The notes beneath the pieces were generated by a model. The model was not told the DNA's origin and made no database searches. It saw only the letters and a program-made list of their open reading frames with translations. Both the position numbers and the translations under genes were made by a program. DNA of 64,000 nucleotides from contig OX597831.1 in the NCBI GenBank assembly GCA_951406725.2, positions 21,080,001 through 21,144,000 on the forward strand. The letters run 5' to 3'. Positions 25,913 through 39,902 of the stretch are shown here, piece after piece. This DNA comes from Octopus vulgaris. Its lineage: Eukaryota. How positions within the stretch are numbered: the first letter of the stretch is position 1; each line of letters begins with the position of its first letter.

Positions 25913-26223
25913 TATATGTTATATATATGTTATACACTGACAGACACACACATACTTACGCACACACATATATATGTACTTATGTGTGTTCGTATGTATG
26001 TATATATAAATATGTGTGTATGCATACCTGTGTGGTCTATGTTTGTGTGTATATGTATGCACCTGTGTATCCATCTCCCACTTTCAGACAGTCCGTGATT
26101 TGGATTTTATTTTATTTTTGTAAAGTCGAACATTATGGCGAAAATAAACCGACTGAATAAGTACCAGATTTAATACAAATTCCGAAATCAATTTGATCGA
26201 CTAAATTTTCAAATTTTCAAAAC

Positions 26224-26278
26224 ATTGCGTCAGAATGGCCGTGTCCAGTGAAGTATAAGAATAATGAATTGTATGTAC

Positions 26279-26326
<48 letters not shown>

Positions 26327-26417
26327 CGCAGAATCCTTTGCGTCCTGTTTTTCTTTTGATATATTGCGTCAGAATGGCCGTGTCCAGTGAAGTATAAGAA
26401 TAATGAATTGTATGTAC

Positions 26418-26457
<40 letters not shown>

Positions 26458-26487
26458 CGCAGAATCCTTTGCGTCCTGTTTTTCTTT

Positions 26488-26492
<5 letters not shown>
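26224..26492. repeat. Local tandem duplication of about 135 bp containing (TA)n
   Basis: attgcgtcagaatggcc...ttcttttgatat occurs twice, differing only in (TA)n length. Confidence 0.92.
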
Positions 26493-26539
<47 letters not shown>

Positions 26540-26562
26540 AATTTTCTGCTGCTTAAAATAAA

Positions 26563-26659
<97 letters not shown>

Positions 26660-27284
26660 TATACATATATATATATAAATATACATATATACATATATAT
26701 ATATATACATACATATGCATATATATATATATGTATATATATATATGCACATACATAATACACATATATATATATATTTATGTGTGTGTGTGTGTGTAGA
26801 TACATATTTTGTGTGCGTATATATGTATGTATCTATCAGTTTCTTTACACGGCTCTACATGATGACAGCTGGCTATGTTTATTTCTGAAAATTACAAAGC
26901 TTAACAAAATAAAAATTGAAATCACAATTATAAAAAAAAAATCAATTCTGGGTGTCGAGGAAAAGCTGGAGATGAAGACAAAGGACAATTGACAGATCAA
27001 TTATTTTCAATGATTCTCTTTCATCTGTTTTCGATGTTCTGTCGATATGAAACGATTATTACAGCTTTTGATAAAAGGAACCCACATTACTAATATTGTC
27101 ACTAAATTTATTATCCCGCTGTTTCATAAATATATAAACCGTTAAATTGTGACATGGACTGGACTTGCTACACACTTCTTCCTCAGACCGGTCGTGTTTC
27201 TTCAATTAAGTCGCGCCTTAATATAAATGGGCAGTCTATTTTTATTTGACGGGAGGATATTTGTCCACGAGTCACCGGCAGGGG

Positions 27285-27450
27285 ATGGTGACGACCCCTG
27301 TTGTACTCTTTCGCCACAACTTTCTCTCAATCTTTCTTTCTGCTTCTTGAGTAACGCTGCAATGGACTGGTGTCCCGTCCAGCTGGGAGGAACACATACA
27401 CAACAGAAATGGGGCCCAAGAACCTGGCTAAGCTTGAAAAGGGCGACGTT
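27285..27450 (+). mobile_element. SINE C/D hybrid, 3' part
   Basis: Reverse complement of 43347-43510 (gagtaacgctgc.atggactgg.gtcccgtccagctggg). Confidence 0.75.
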
Positions 27451-27457
27451 TATCTAT

Positions 27458-27587
<130 letters not shown>

Positions 27588-28460
27588 ATTTATATATATA
27601 TATGTATATATTTCGCGTGTGTTGCCTATGGAAACATTTTCAACTGGTACTATTTCAACGAAATGTTTTGACCATATTCGTCGTGTTCCGAATTTTATCG
27701 GTCAATCTCTTGGACTTCGTTGTTCATCAAATTAAGTGAACAGACCAATTCACAGAGGATTCTGCTGGAAACCTGTGACCAACAACACAACAGTTTACAG
27801 TTTGTCGTCGAAAATAAATAAATACCAGAAATATACTAAAATATTAAATGAACAATTCTTTCTTAGAAATAACAAAATACACACAAAAACTACAAGAAAC
27901 TGTACTATATAATTTCTAATCGCTGTCATCACTAACATTTTTATAATTTCTACTAATACATCATCAATCATTTAATGCCAAATTTAATTCATACTTGCAA
28001 CTTCCTAAAGCGTTCTTAATCTCCAAGACGGCTTTGTAATTCTTTTAAATCGTATGGAAATCGAAGGAATTGACTTAAATAATTGATTAGCCTTTAGTCG
28101 CTTTCAGTTATGTCTTCCGTTAATTTATTTACATATTTTTTGATAATTATATTTGGTATTATCGTTGTTGTTATTGTTGTTGTTGTTGTTGGCGGTGGTG
28201 GTGATGGTTTTTAACATTTATTTGATTAGAAACCGAAAATAAAATCTTATGCAATAACAAAAAAAAAAAAAATGAATTAAAATATCTGTTAATTTTAAGT
28301 TAGTTAAATAATAAAGTATAAAATAATAATTATGCATATAATAACAGTGTGATGTGTTAAAGTTCTTCAGTTTCTGATTTATTTATTTTGACAAACTTCT
28401 GGAAATATTCATTTGTTTTCCGATGCATCAACAAAAAGTTTTGCTACACCGTAATAGTAT

Positions 28461-29050
28461 CTATTTCTTTACTACCCACAAGGGGCTAAACACAGAGAGG
28501 ACAAACAAGCGGATTAAATCGATTATATCGACTCCAGTGCGTAACTGGTACTTATTTAATCGACCCCGAAAGGATGAAAGGCAAAGTCGACCTCGGTGGA
28601 TTTTGAACCCAGAACGTAGCGGCAGACGAAATACCTATTTCTTTATTACCCACAAGGGGCTAAACATAGAGAGGACAAACATGGACAGACATAGGTATTA
28701 AGTCGATTATATCGACCCCAGTGCGTAACTGGTACTTATTTAATCGACCTCGAAAGGATGAAAAGCAAAGTCGACCTCGGCGGATTTTGAACCCAGAACG
28801 TAGCGGCAGACGAAATACCTATTTCTTTATTACCCACAAGGGGCTAAACACAGAGAGGACAAACAAGGACAGACATAGGTATTAAGTCGATTACATCGAC
28901 CCCAGTGCGTAACTGATACTTAATTTATCGATCCCGAAAAGATGAAAGGCAAAGTCGACCTCGGCGGAATTTGAACCCAGAACGTAGTGGCAGACGAAAT
29001 ACCGCTAAGCATTTTGCCCGGCGTGCTAACGTTTCTGCCAGCTCGCCACC
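28461..29050 (-). mobile_element. SINE family A tandem trimer (one head, three bodies)
   Basis: Three units of about 175-185 bp; TSD taatagtatct at 28452-28462 and 29052-29062. Confidence 0.92.
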
Positions 29051-29071
29051 ATAATAGTATCTGCCAACATT

Positions 29072-29330
29072 TCACTTTGCCTTTCAACCTTTCGGAGTCG
29101 ATAAAACAAGAACCAGATGTGTCCTGCGGTCGACGTAATCGACTTACCCATTTCACTGGTATTATTATCATTGTTGTTGTTGTAACTCTAGGTTTTCAAA
29201 TGCTGCTGAAGTCGACTTTGCCTTTTACCATATCGGGGCCGACAAAATAAGTCCCAATTGAGTACTGGTGTCGATTTAATCGACAAGCCACTTCACTAAA
29301 ATTTCAGGCTTTGTGTCTATAGCAGAAAAT
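29072..29330 (+). mobile_element. Two degraded SINE family A core fragments
   Basis: actttgcctttca.cctttcgg.gtcgataaa occurs twice. Confidence 0.7.
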
Positions 29331-29334
29331 ATTA

Positions 29335-30935
29335 TTTTTTTGCTTGTTTTTACTCAGTGTTTGTTGGAACTCCCGGTGTCTTGCATGCGTAGTGGACATG
29401 CTACCTGCGGCCTACGGTACCATGCTATATGTTCTTTTCAACTATCTAATACTCTCCTGATGATCCTGGCCGTGCCAAGGTGGAAAACCTATTGCAACAC
29501 CTCCACTGGACACTCTATTCCGATTTCCTTCATATTCTACTTGATGCAGTCTGACACTGTCCCCAAACACCCGATAGCAACTGACCCTGTCTTCACCTCC
29601 TTCATTTTCTATAGCTGGGCTGTCTCGTATTTAAGAATATTGATTAAGTTTATCTTTTCCCATTCCTTCTTGACTCTTCGTGAGTCAAAGGGGTAGCAAC
29701 ATCAATTATACAATGAGACACTTTCGCTACTTCATTGTGTCGCCACAACTTACAACGGTTTTGAAAAGTCTAGGGCATTCGTTTACGACATGGGCAATGG
29801 TTTCATCAACTCTATTACATATACGACACAGAGGGGACTCTTGCTCATTCCTAAGTTTGAGTCTCCATTTTGTGGTCAAAGCTTGGTCTTGCACTACTCT
29901 CAAACTCATTTTTCCAGTCTTCTTTTCCTAAGTCAGTCCCTTCAATGTTCGCCAGCAATTTCAGTTGTGGCTACATGGAATTGATTGTATAGGCCTTGTT
30001 GCGTAGTGTTTCACATCCTGTTTGTACTTCTTGTTTTACTCTTTCCTTTTATTCTGTTTTTAATACTCCCCCATCCCTAATTGACAGTAGCAACATTTCC
30101 TTACTTTGGGATAGGTATCTCAGTAAGCTCCCGAGTTCGGCACGTACGCAGGCTTCCACACTTATTACTTCGCCCCTCCTACATTTGGCCTCTTCATGTA
30201 TGGAAGACCAGTGTTTGCATTCGGATGGAGTCCATGCATTGCTTTCTTGTCTTCTTGTCCAATTCCTTTAACTCTTCCTCGGTCCATTTCAGAATTTCAG
30301 TGCCATTCAGGACCACTTTAATATTGACTTCTACAATATTTCAAAACAAAGATAAGTGGAGATACACTGTCCCACTGGAAGATTCCTCACCTAATTTTCA
30401 CTTCTCCTAATATCTGATCCCCTGCTACCAATTCTGTTCTTCAACCTTTCCTTCTGTTCCATACAAGGCATCACATATTTTCAGCTACTCCTTACATTTC
30501 TATAGTTATTGTCATGCAAAGTGTTTGGCATCATAATATATACTTTATGATAATAAGGCGGCGAGCTGGCAGAAACGTTAGCACGCCGGGCGAAATTCGT
30601 AGCCGTATTTCGTCTGTCGTTGCGTTCCGAGTTCAAATTCCGCCGAGGTCGACTTTGCCTTTCATCCTTTCGGGGTCGACAAATTAAGTACCAGTTACGC
30701 ACTGGGGTCGATGTAATCGACTTAATCCCTTTGTCTGTCCTTGTTTGTCCCCTCTGTGTTTAGCCCCTTGTGGGTAGTAAAGAAATATATATACTTTACG
30801 ATAATCAATCCGTGCCATGCTCAGATTCGTGTGTCTTCTATTGCAGTTGCTGAGGATTCGTCTACCAATTAACAACTGAGCTTTCGTTTCTCGATTCTTC
30901 TTTTGCACCCTTTCTGTTCAAAAGTAAAAGGATAT
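29335..30935 (-). pseudogene. R4/Dong-clade retrotransposon remnant interrupted by a SINE
   Basis: EQKGC...AQLLI...MARIDYRKVY; QDQALTTKW...CRIC...ETIAHVVNEC zinc knuckle; IGCLGTV...LGTARIIRRVL C-terminus. Confidence 0.88.
30555..30786 (+). mobile_element. SINE family A, full length, inserted in the LINE with a 19-bp TSD
   Basis: Head GGCGGCGAGCTGGCAGAAACG, B box AGTTCAAATTCC; TSD atatatacttta(t/c)gataat at 30536-30554 and 30787-30805. Confidence 0.95.
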
Positions 30936-31392
30936 GAGCCTCGACCAGTTCCTATCAAAAGACGCACGAGACAAATTCCTGGTGAAGACCACATCCAAAC
31001 CGTGTAAACTTATGCTGTCATAGTTCCTGCATTGAATCTTATCTATATAATGAATATTTGGTGAATTCTGTAAAGTGAATTTCTAGACAGTAAAAAATCT
31101 ATGAAATAGGCCCCCACCGTTTATTCTCCATTCCATATATCAGTATCAAAAGTCGTTTGCATAAGTGCACGCACATTAGGGGCAATTTCAATTCAAAGTA
31201 TCTCACCTGCCGACATCATCTTAACAGACTTATTGGTGAAAGCGTTTAAGTTCAAGTGAATTCTCGAACGCAAGGTCTTAGCGTCATTATAATGAACCGT
31301 TTGTACAAGATAAATTGAGGGATGTTTTATTCAGATTTATGGTTAAAAGCTGATAGTGAGGAGATAGATAGATAGATAGATAGAGAGATAGA

Positions 31393-31423
<31 letters not shown>

Positions 31424-32480
31424 TTTAGAAACTTTATGGATAGCTCTTCTTTGTTGCCCTCTTCGTTGACTAGTATCAAAATGGGAACATTCGGAACTCG
31501 GGCAGTGGTGACACTTCAGGGAAATTAAACAAAGTGATTTTCCTAGACACTTCCCGATTTATGAATCCGTTGAAAACCATGGATAACAAAAATAGGTAAG
31601 TGACCATGTTTTCTAGTTAAGTTGCCCATAGAAACGGGCTCATCGCAAGATCTCAAGATGAGAAAATTGTTTCTTGTGATTATGAGTAAAGTGGTATGAG
31701 CTTACATTAAAGCAGGTATGTCCCAATTCCAGATCTAATGCAACTGATACCAAACTTAAAACTATAGCAATTCAAAAACAATGTCAGCAATACAAAAGGG
31801 TAAATAAATGCCTACATCCATGAATAGGGAACCGGGATTTAGTTCCCAATTAATTGCAGCAAGTGAAATCTGTTATAGGCAAGCAAATGCAACGTGGAAC
31901 AGTGATAGGGATTAAATCCAATGTATTGAGGATACACTCAGATATATAAAGTGAACGGGCGTGATATTTATGGTGCGAATGGGCACACAATAAAGGGAGA
32001 AGGAGCTGGCATACAAAAGAGGGAGGACGTGGCTATAAGATACAAGGTGTGAGTGGGTGTTGTATATAACAATAAACATAAAGACTCTCAGAAAATAGGA
32101 ATTTCTATTCATTTTTCCGTTTAAATCTTGCTTCCATTGTAGTATAAATAATGTGATTTCGAATATTTCAGTTATATTGTTGAAATCACAATTTCATTTG
32201 TAATGTTATCTTCAGACGCCAGATGAATCCATGTATTATATTTGTTTAAATTTCCATTCGGGCCTTAACGTCAATACCTTCCGTTTTAAATCATTGTCGA
32301 AGAATAAAGAAATATAAAGGAGAAAGAGAGACAGAAAGACTTCGGTTGAATAATATTAAGTAGGATATCGAATCCATTGTGTATTATTCAACAGACTTAT
32401 GTGATGCGAATAATATACGATGAGAAAACTTAATCAATAACTCATCATCAACAGTTCCCATAGATACATTATTACGTCTA

Positions 32481-32548
<68 letters not shown>

Positions 32549-32608
32549 TATATAACATATGTGTATGTATTACATATGTGTATGTATGATATATGCCTTT
32601 ATATGTAT

Positions 32609-32643
<35 letters not shown>

Positions 32644-33064
32644 CATATGTATTTATATATTGGACTATGTGTACGCACGTGTTTTTATATATATGGAATT
32701 ACATGTTTATAGGCTCATGCAGATTGGTGTGTGTATGTGTGTAAAATTGACTGTTGTATGAATAGGACTACATGTGTTAATGCATGAGTATATTCTTCTC
32801 TGTCGTTTATCTCGGAGAATTGTATTGTTGGTTACAGGTTTCCAATAAACGTGGTTATAGTTTACAATTGAGTGCCTTTACGGATCGGATGGGACTAATA
32901 TAGTGATGCAGTTTCGTTTTATAGCCCCTGTTTATATATCGGCCACGGCAACGAATGTTACAAACACACATAAATGTACAAAGAAGCACACACGCACACA
33001 CAGATGTTTATGTATAGCTTAGCCATATGAACACTCATAAACACACAGCATAACAGATGTTTGA

Positions 33065-33118
<54 letters not shown>

Positions 33119-33292
33119 GTGTGTGTGTGTGTGTGTGTGAGTGTGAATATGAGGGCTTTAGGTCACTGCTGAGCTAAACCAGTGGTTCCCTATCTTTTCA
33201 CATTGGTGCCCAGCCCGTTTATTTAAATGTGTTTTGCCAAGGACTCCTTTGCTATCCTTATCCTTATGTGCGTGTGTGTGTATATATATATA

Positions 33293-33427
33293 TACGTTTA
33301 TTTTCTCGTGTTCTTTTCTGTTGAAGAGAACAAGCTCGAAACGTAAAAGACTCTCTCACCTTCCCGAGCATTACACCTGTTTGTTGTTTATACACCTGTT
33401 TTCGTCTTTTGTATTTTTGTAAATTCG

Positions 33428-33432
<5 letters not shown>
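33293..33432 (+). mobile_element. (TA)n-embedded short element with minimal hammerhead-like motif (copy at 35849-35988)
   Basis: TTTT-CTGTTGA-A-GAG-AACAAG-CTC-GAAA-CG-TA-AAAG, flanked by (TA)n on both sides. Confidence 0.7.
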
Positions 33433-33466
<34 letters not shown>

Positions 33467-33469
<3 letters not shown>

Positions 33470-33748
33470 CACGTGATCACGTGACCGATCAGTCTATCAG
33501 ATGTTGCTACACATCACTGGTCACAATGCGCTTCGCATTGTTTTAGCATATCGCTGGCTAAGCGAACAGGCCAACAGAAGAAAGAGAGTGATAGAAAGTT
33601 GTGGCGTAAGAGTACAGCAGGGATCGCCACCACCCCCTGCCGGAGCCTTGTGGAGCTTTAGGTGTTTTCGCTCAATAAACACTCACTGCTCGGTCTGGGA
33701 ATCGAAACCGCGAGTCCGCTGCCCTAACCACTGGGCCATTACGCCTCC
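33467..33748 (-). mobile_element. SINE family C (copy at 36021-36312)
   Basis: tRNA-like head GGAGGCGTAATGGCCCAGTGG...GGTTTCGATTCC; sits within (TA)n. Confidence 0.88.
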
Positions 33749-33779
<31 letters not shown>

Positions 33780-33988
33780 CTAGTGAATTTAGTTTACAGC
33801 CCCCCCCCCAGTACTCCCTTAACAGACTTATTGGTGATCCGCGGATTCCATCTTGGGAACCACTGACGCAAGGTCTTAGCGTCATTATAATGAACCGTTT
33901 GTACAAGATAAATTGAGGGATGTTTTATTCAGATTTATGGTTAAAAGCTGATAGTGAGGAGATAGATAGATAGATAGATAGAGAGTAT

Positions 33989-34035
<47 letters not shown>

Positions 34036-35076
34036 GAGCATCTCCGGTCATTGCGTTGACTAGTATCAAAATGGGAACATTCGGAACTCGGGCAGTGGTG
34101 ACACTTCAGGGAAATTAAACAAAGTGATTTTCCTAGACACTTCCCGATTTATGAATCCGTTGAAAACCATGGATAACAAAAATAGGTAAGTGACCATGTT
34201 TTCTAGTTAAGTTGCCCATAGAAACGGGCTCATCGCAAGATCTCAAGATGAGAAAATTGTTTCTTGTGATTATGAGTAAAGTGGTATGAGCTTACATTAA
34301 AGCAGGTATGTCCCAATTCCAGATCTAATGCAACTGATACCAAACTTAAAACTATAGCAATTCAAAAACAATGTCAGCAATACAAAAGGGTAAATAAATG
34401 CCTACATCCATGAATAGGGAACCGGGATTTAGTTCCCAATTAATTGCAGCAAGTGAAATCTGTTATAGGCAAGCAAATGCAACGTGGAACAGTGATAGGG
34501 ATTAAATCCAATGTATTGAGGATACACTCAGATATATAAAGTGAACGGGCGTGATATTTATGGTGCGAGACCAATGGGCATCAATAAAGGGAGAAGGAGC
34601 TGGCATACAAAAGAGGGAGTGACGTGGCTATAAGATACAAGGTGTGAGTGGGTGTTGTATATAACAATAAACATAAAAGACTCTCAGAAAATAGGAATTT
34701 CTATTCATTTTTCCGTTTAAATCTTGCTTCCATTGTAGTATAAATAATGTGATTTCGAATATTTCAGTTATATTGTTGAAATCACAATTTCATTTGTAAT
34801 GTTATCTTCAGACGCCAGATGAATCCATGTATTATATTTGTTTAAATTTCCATTCGGGCCTTAACGTCAATACCTTCCGTTTTAAATCATTGTCGAAGAA
34901 TAAAGAAATATAAAAGAGAAAGAGAGACAGAAAGACTTCGGTTGAATAATATTAAGTAGGATATCGAATCCATTGTGTATTATTCAACAGACTTATGTGA
35001 TGCGAATAATATACGATGAGAAAACTTAATCAATAACTCATCATCAACAGTTCCCATAGATACATTATTACGTCTA

Positions 35077-35128
<52 letters not shown>

Positions 35129-35633
35129 TATACATATATATTACATATGTGTATGTATGATATATGCCTTTATATGTATAGGTATATATATATATATATA
35201 TATATATATGTGCATATGTATTTATATATTGGACTATGTGTACGCACGTGTTTTTATATATATGGAATTACATGTTTATAGGCTCATGCAGATTGGTGTG
35301 TGTATGTGTGTAAAATTGACTGTTGTATGAATAGGACTACATGTGTTAATGCATGAGTATATTCTTCTCTGTCGTTTATCTCGGAGAATTGTATTGTTGG
35401 TTACAGGTTTCCAATAAACGTGGTTATAGTTTACAATTGAGTGCCTTTACGGATCGGATGGGACTAATATAGTGATGCAGTTTCGTTTTATAGCCCCTGT
35501 TTATATATCGGCCACGGCAACGAATGTTACGAACACATAAATGTACAAAGAAGCACACACGCACACACAGATGTCTTTATGTATAGCTTAGCCATATGAA
35601 CACTCATAAACACACAGCATAACAGATGTTTGA

Positions 35634-35674
<41 letters not shown>

Positions 35675-35735
35675 GTGTGTGTGTGTGTGTGTGTGAGTGT
35701 GAATATGAGGGCTTTAGGTCACTGCTGAGCTAAAC

Positions 35736-35983
35736 CAGTGGTTCCCTATCTTTTCACATTGGTGCCCAGCCCGTTTATTTAAATGTGTTTTGCCAAGGAC
35801 TCCTTTGCTATCCTTATCCTTATGTGCGTGTGTGTGTATATATATATATACGTTTATTTTCTCGTGTTCTTTTCTGTTGAAGAGAACAAGCTCGAAACGT
35901 AAAAGACTCTCTCACCTTCCCGAGCATTACACCTGTTTGTTGTTTATACACCTGTTTTCGTCTTTTGTATTTTTGTAAATTCG

Positions 35984-36023
<40 letters not shown>

Positions 36024-36428
36024 CACGTGATCACGTGACCGATCAGTCTATCAGATGTTGCTACACATCACTGGTCACAATGCGCTTCGCATTGTTTTAG
36101 CCTTCGCTGGCTAAGCGAACAGGCCAACAGAAGAAAGAGTGATAGAAGAGTGATAGAAAGTTGTGGCGTAAGAGTACAGCAGGGATCGCCACCACCCCCT
36201 GCCGGAGCCTTGTGGAGCTTTAGGTGTTTTCGCTCAATAAACACTCACAACGCTCGGTCTGGGAATCGAAACCGCGAGTCCGCTGCCCTAACCACTGGGC
36301 CATTACGCCTCCATATATATATATATATATATATATATGAACTAGTGAATTTAGTTTACAGCCCCCCCCCCCCAGTACTCCCTTTGCGAACCACCAGGGA
36401 TCCGCGGATTCCATCTTGGGAACCACTG
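35736..36428. mobile_element. hAT/Charlie-type MITE carrying nested insertions (other copy 33180-33865)
   Basis: TIRs CAGTGGTTCCC / GGGAACCACTG; 8-bp TSD agctaaac / acctaaac. Confidence 0.85.
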
Positions 36429-36499
36429 ACCTAAACCAATAATGCTATAATTGGTCATCTATTTAGATATCAATCTCACAGGTGAGGCTAGGGATCTAT

Positions 36500-36935
36500 A
36501 ATAGGCTTCCGAGTAGACAGTTATATGTTAAATGTGAAGGAAACAAACCGAGGCGAGACGAGCATCTCCGGTCATTGCGAAAATTTAATCAGAGTGAAAT
36601 GAGTTAAAAATGAAGTAGAAGTAATGAATTTCTTACAGGTGTTTCTCGGATATCTCAGGTAATGGGTCAACGTTCCCATACACTGGGTATTCCATCATCA
36701 GAGACAATGTGTGTATGCAGGAAAGTTCCACACAGGGAATTCGCAGTATATAGGGGAATATAGATAAAAGAATAAAATTCGCATTTCATCTTTCTCAGGA
36801 GGCTATGGGAATTAGTCCGCACTTCCGAGAAGATAAAGCTCCTTAAGTATAATCCCAAGTAAATCCAGGCAGTATCTTGAATGATGCATCCAGATTGAAG
36901 AAATAGATTAAGCAGTTGGCGTGTAAGAAGAATGA
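36500..36935 (-). pseudogene. Possible heavily degraded CR1/Jockey-group LINE 3' region
   Basis: DRRCSSRLGLF resembles the RRxxxxLxLFY motif downstream of RT; otherwise weak. Confidence 0.3.
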
Positions 36936-37102
36936 TCCGCATGAGTATATAATGTGAGAGAAACAGTTAGATAGACCAAGGCGGTATCATAGACAGATAG
37001 ACTAGAGAAAAAGGGGGTATTATGAGTGAGTGAAGAGAAGAAAAAAAAAGAAAGAGAGAATATTAGAAATGAAGACAAAGATAACAAGAATAAGTAATGC
37101 GA

Positions 37103-37152
<50 letters not shown>

Positions 37153-37344
37153 CATGTACACATTGGGTTGAAAACCTTTCTGGATACAAAAATTAAAGGT
37201 TTCCACACCTAATTTGAAACGTAACTTTTGCTATCCAAAATGTTTTTTTTTTTTTAACCCAATACTTGTTGCTTCGAGATACACTATTCCGAAATAGAAT
37301 TATTTCCAGTTCTCTCGAAAGTTTATAAAACCTATTTTGCCGCC

Positions 37345-37427
<83 letters not shown>

Positions 37428-37459
37428 TATATGTTCACCTTTATGTGTTGGATTATAGA

Positions 37460-37650
37460 TTTGGCACTGGGCCAGCAATTTCAGGGAGGACTTAAGCCAC
37501 TTACATCGACTAGTACTTATTTTATCAACCCCAAGATGACGAAATGTAAAATCGACCTCGATGGAATTTGAACTCAGAATGTAACGACGTGTAAAACGCT
37601 GCTAACCGTTTTGGCCGCCGCCGTAACGATTCTGCTGCCTCACCACCTTA
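37460..37650 (-). mobile_element. SINE family A, degraded
   Basis: tcgacctcg.tggaatttgaactcagaa...gccttа-like head end and core. Confidence 0.75.
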
Positions 37651-37671
37651 TTCACTCCTGATATCTTCTAC

Positions 37672-38141
37672 CTTTAATCTTTCACCTGATTCAGTCATTA
37701 GTCTGCGGTCGATCTGGGGCGCCGCCTTGAATTTTTAGTCGCATAAATCGACCCCAGTAGTTATTTTTCAAGGCTGGTACTTACGCTATCGGTCTCTTAT
37801 GCCGAACCGCTACGTTACGGGGACGTAAACACACCAACGTAAGTTAAGTGGTGATGTTGCGACAAACACGGATACGCGCGCGCGCAGACACACAATATAT
37901 ATATACGACGGGCTTCTTTCAGTTTCCGTCTACCAAATCCACTCACAAGGGTTTGGTCGGCCCGAGGCTATCTATAGTAGAAGACACTTACCCAAGGTGC
38001 CAGGCAGTGGGAGTGAACCCCAAACCATGTGGTTGGGAAGCAAGACTTTTACCATACAACCACTCCTGCGCCTATATACTCTTTTACTCTCTTACTTGTT
38101 TCAGTCATTTGACTGCGGCCATGCTGAAGCACCGCCTTTAG
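37672..38141 (-). mobile_element. SINE family B plus an adjacent second 3' tail
   Basis: Reverse complement of 12099-12490; extra tail at 38078-38141. Confidence 0.88.
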
Positions 38142-38241
38142 TTAATTTCTATTGAAAGTGTTGAATACAGAGTAAAGTTTCGTCATGTGACAGCACGGAA
38201 ATGAAATCACGAAAGAAAGTAACTATTAATTCAGAAAACAT

Positions 38242-38296
<55 letters not shown>

Positions 38297-38317
38297 ATAC
38301 ATATGTATATATGTATG

Positions 38318-38382
<65 letters not shown>

Positions 38383-38396
38383 TATATATACATGTA

Positions 38397-38455
<59 letters not shown>

Positions 38456-38904
38456 TATCGGTTCATTAATCACATGGCAATTCCTTTCTATTCTTGTTCA
38501 TTAGATATTTCTGTTACCTAGTTTACCATATATAGAATATATCTGATGTTGATATCTATATTGCTAAAGTAGTGTGTTTATATTTTTGCAAATCATTATA
38601 TACATTCTTAATTGAATGTTTATTTTGATAAACATCCTTTCCTATCTTACTAATTAATTTATGATCTGATGCAGTAATTAACCTAGATAACATTAGAAAT
38701 TAGAAAGTCAGTCATCTATTCTCGTTGAAATGCCTAAAAGAATTCTTACAAATCACAAGACAACCACAAACTACTTACGTTAATTCATTATAGATAAATG
38801 CATTCTTAAGATTTTATCGTTTGAATAGCAGATTATTGGCTGGGTAGAACATTGTGGTTGTCAGAAATCTCATACGATTGTCATTCACTTTTATCTTTTT
38901 TTCC

Positions 38905-39171
38905 TTTTATAATTGTTTCAGTCATTTGACTGCGGCCATGCTGGAGCACCGCCTTTAGTCGAGCAAATCGACTCCCAGGACTTATTCATTGTAAGGCCTA
39001 ATACTTATTCTATCGATCTCTTATGCCGAACCGCTAAGTTACGGGGACGTGAACACACCAGCATCGGGGTTGTCAAGCGATGTTGGGGGGTGGGGTGGGC
39101 AAACACATACACATACATACATACATACATACATACATACATGCACGCATACATGCATACATACATACATG

Positions 39172-39212
<41 letters not shown>

Positions 39213-39397
39213 ACACACATATATATATATATACGACGGGCTTCTTTCAGTTTCCGTCTACCAAATCCACTCACAAGGTTTTGGTCGGCCCGAGGCTATA
39301 GTAGAAAACAATTGCCCAAGGTGCCACGCAATGGGAATGAACCCGGAACCATGTGGTTGGTAAGCAAGATACTTACCACACACCCATTCCTGCGCCT
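38905..39397 (-). mobile_element. SINE family B with expanded internal (CATA)/(CA) tract
   Basis: Reverse complement of 12099-12490. Confidence 0.9.
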
Positions 39398-39554
39398 ACA
39401 TATACATATATACTTGCATACATGAATGCTTACATACATACATGTATACATTCATGCATACATAAATACATGCATACATACATACATACATACATACATA
39501 CATACATACATACATACATACATACATACATACATACTTACATATTCATACCAA

Positions 39555-39815
39555 AAATATTTGCAGAACTAGATGTTTAGTAAATGCTTAAAGGAGAATC
39601 TAGATAAACTGGAATTCTCAGAAAGAGAAATTCACCGGCTGATTCGTACATTACAAGTCCAATGTCTGAGTGGAACAGTAAAAATATGCAGGACATTTCT
39701 CCAGTTCCAGTGTGAATTTGTGTTAATTACATCTCAAAGCCTGAGCCTTGTATCTTTGTTGGAAACCGGCTCATTTTGTATCGGCAAGAAATGTTGAAAT
39801 AAACTCAATAATGAC
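39555..39815 (+). mobile_element. 3' end of a non-LTR element, probably RLE type, between (CATA)n and (CATC)n
   Basis: SKCLKENLDKLEFSEREIHRLIRTLQVQCLSGTVKICRTFL resembles RLE-element C-termini; short UTR follows. Confidence 0.55.
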
Positions 39816-39902
39816 ATCCATCCATCCATCCATCCATCCATCCATCCATCCATCCATCCATCCATCCATTCAGTCATCCATCCATCCATTTATACATACA
39901 TT

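Larger units (their letters stand above)
31221..36430. repeat. Near-identical tandem duplication, unit about 2.6 kb (31221-33865 vs 33820-36430)
   Basis: Unique sequence, microsatellites and nested elements repeat in order; mosaic junction. Confidence 0.95.
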
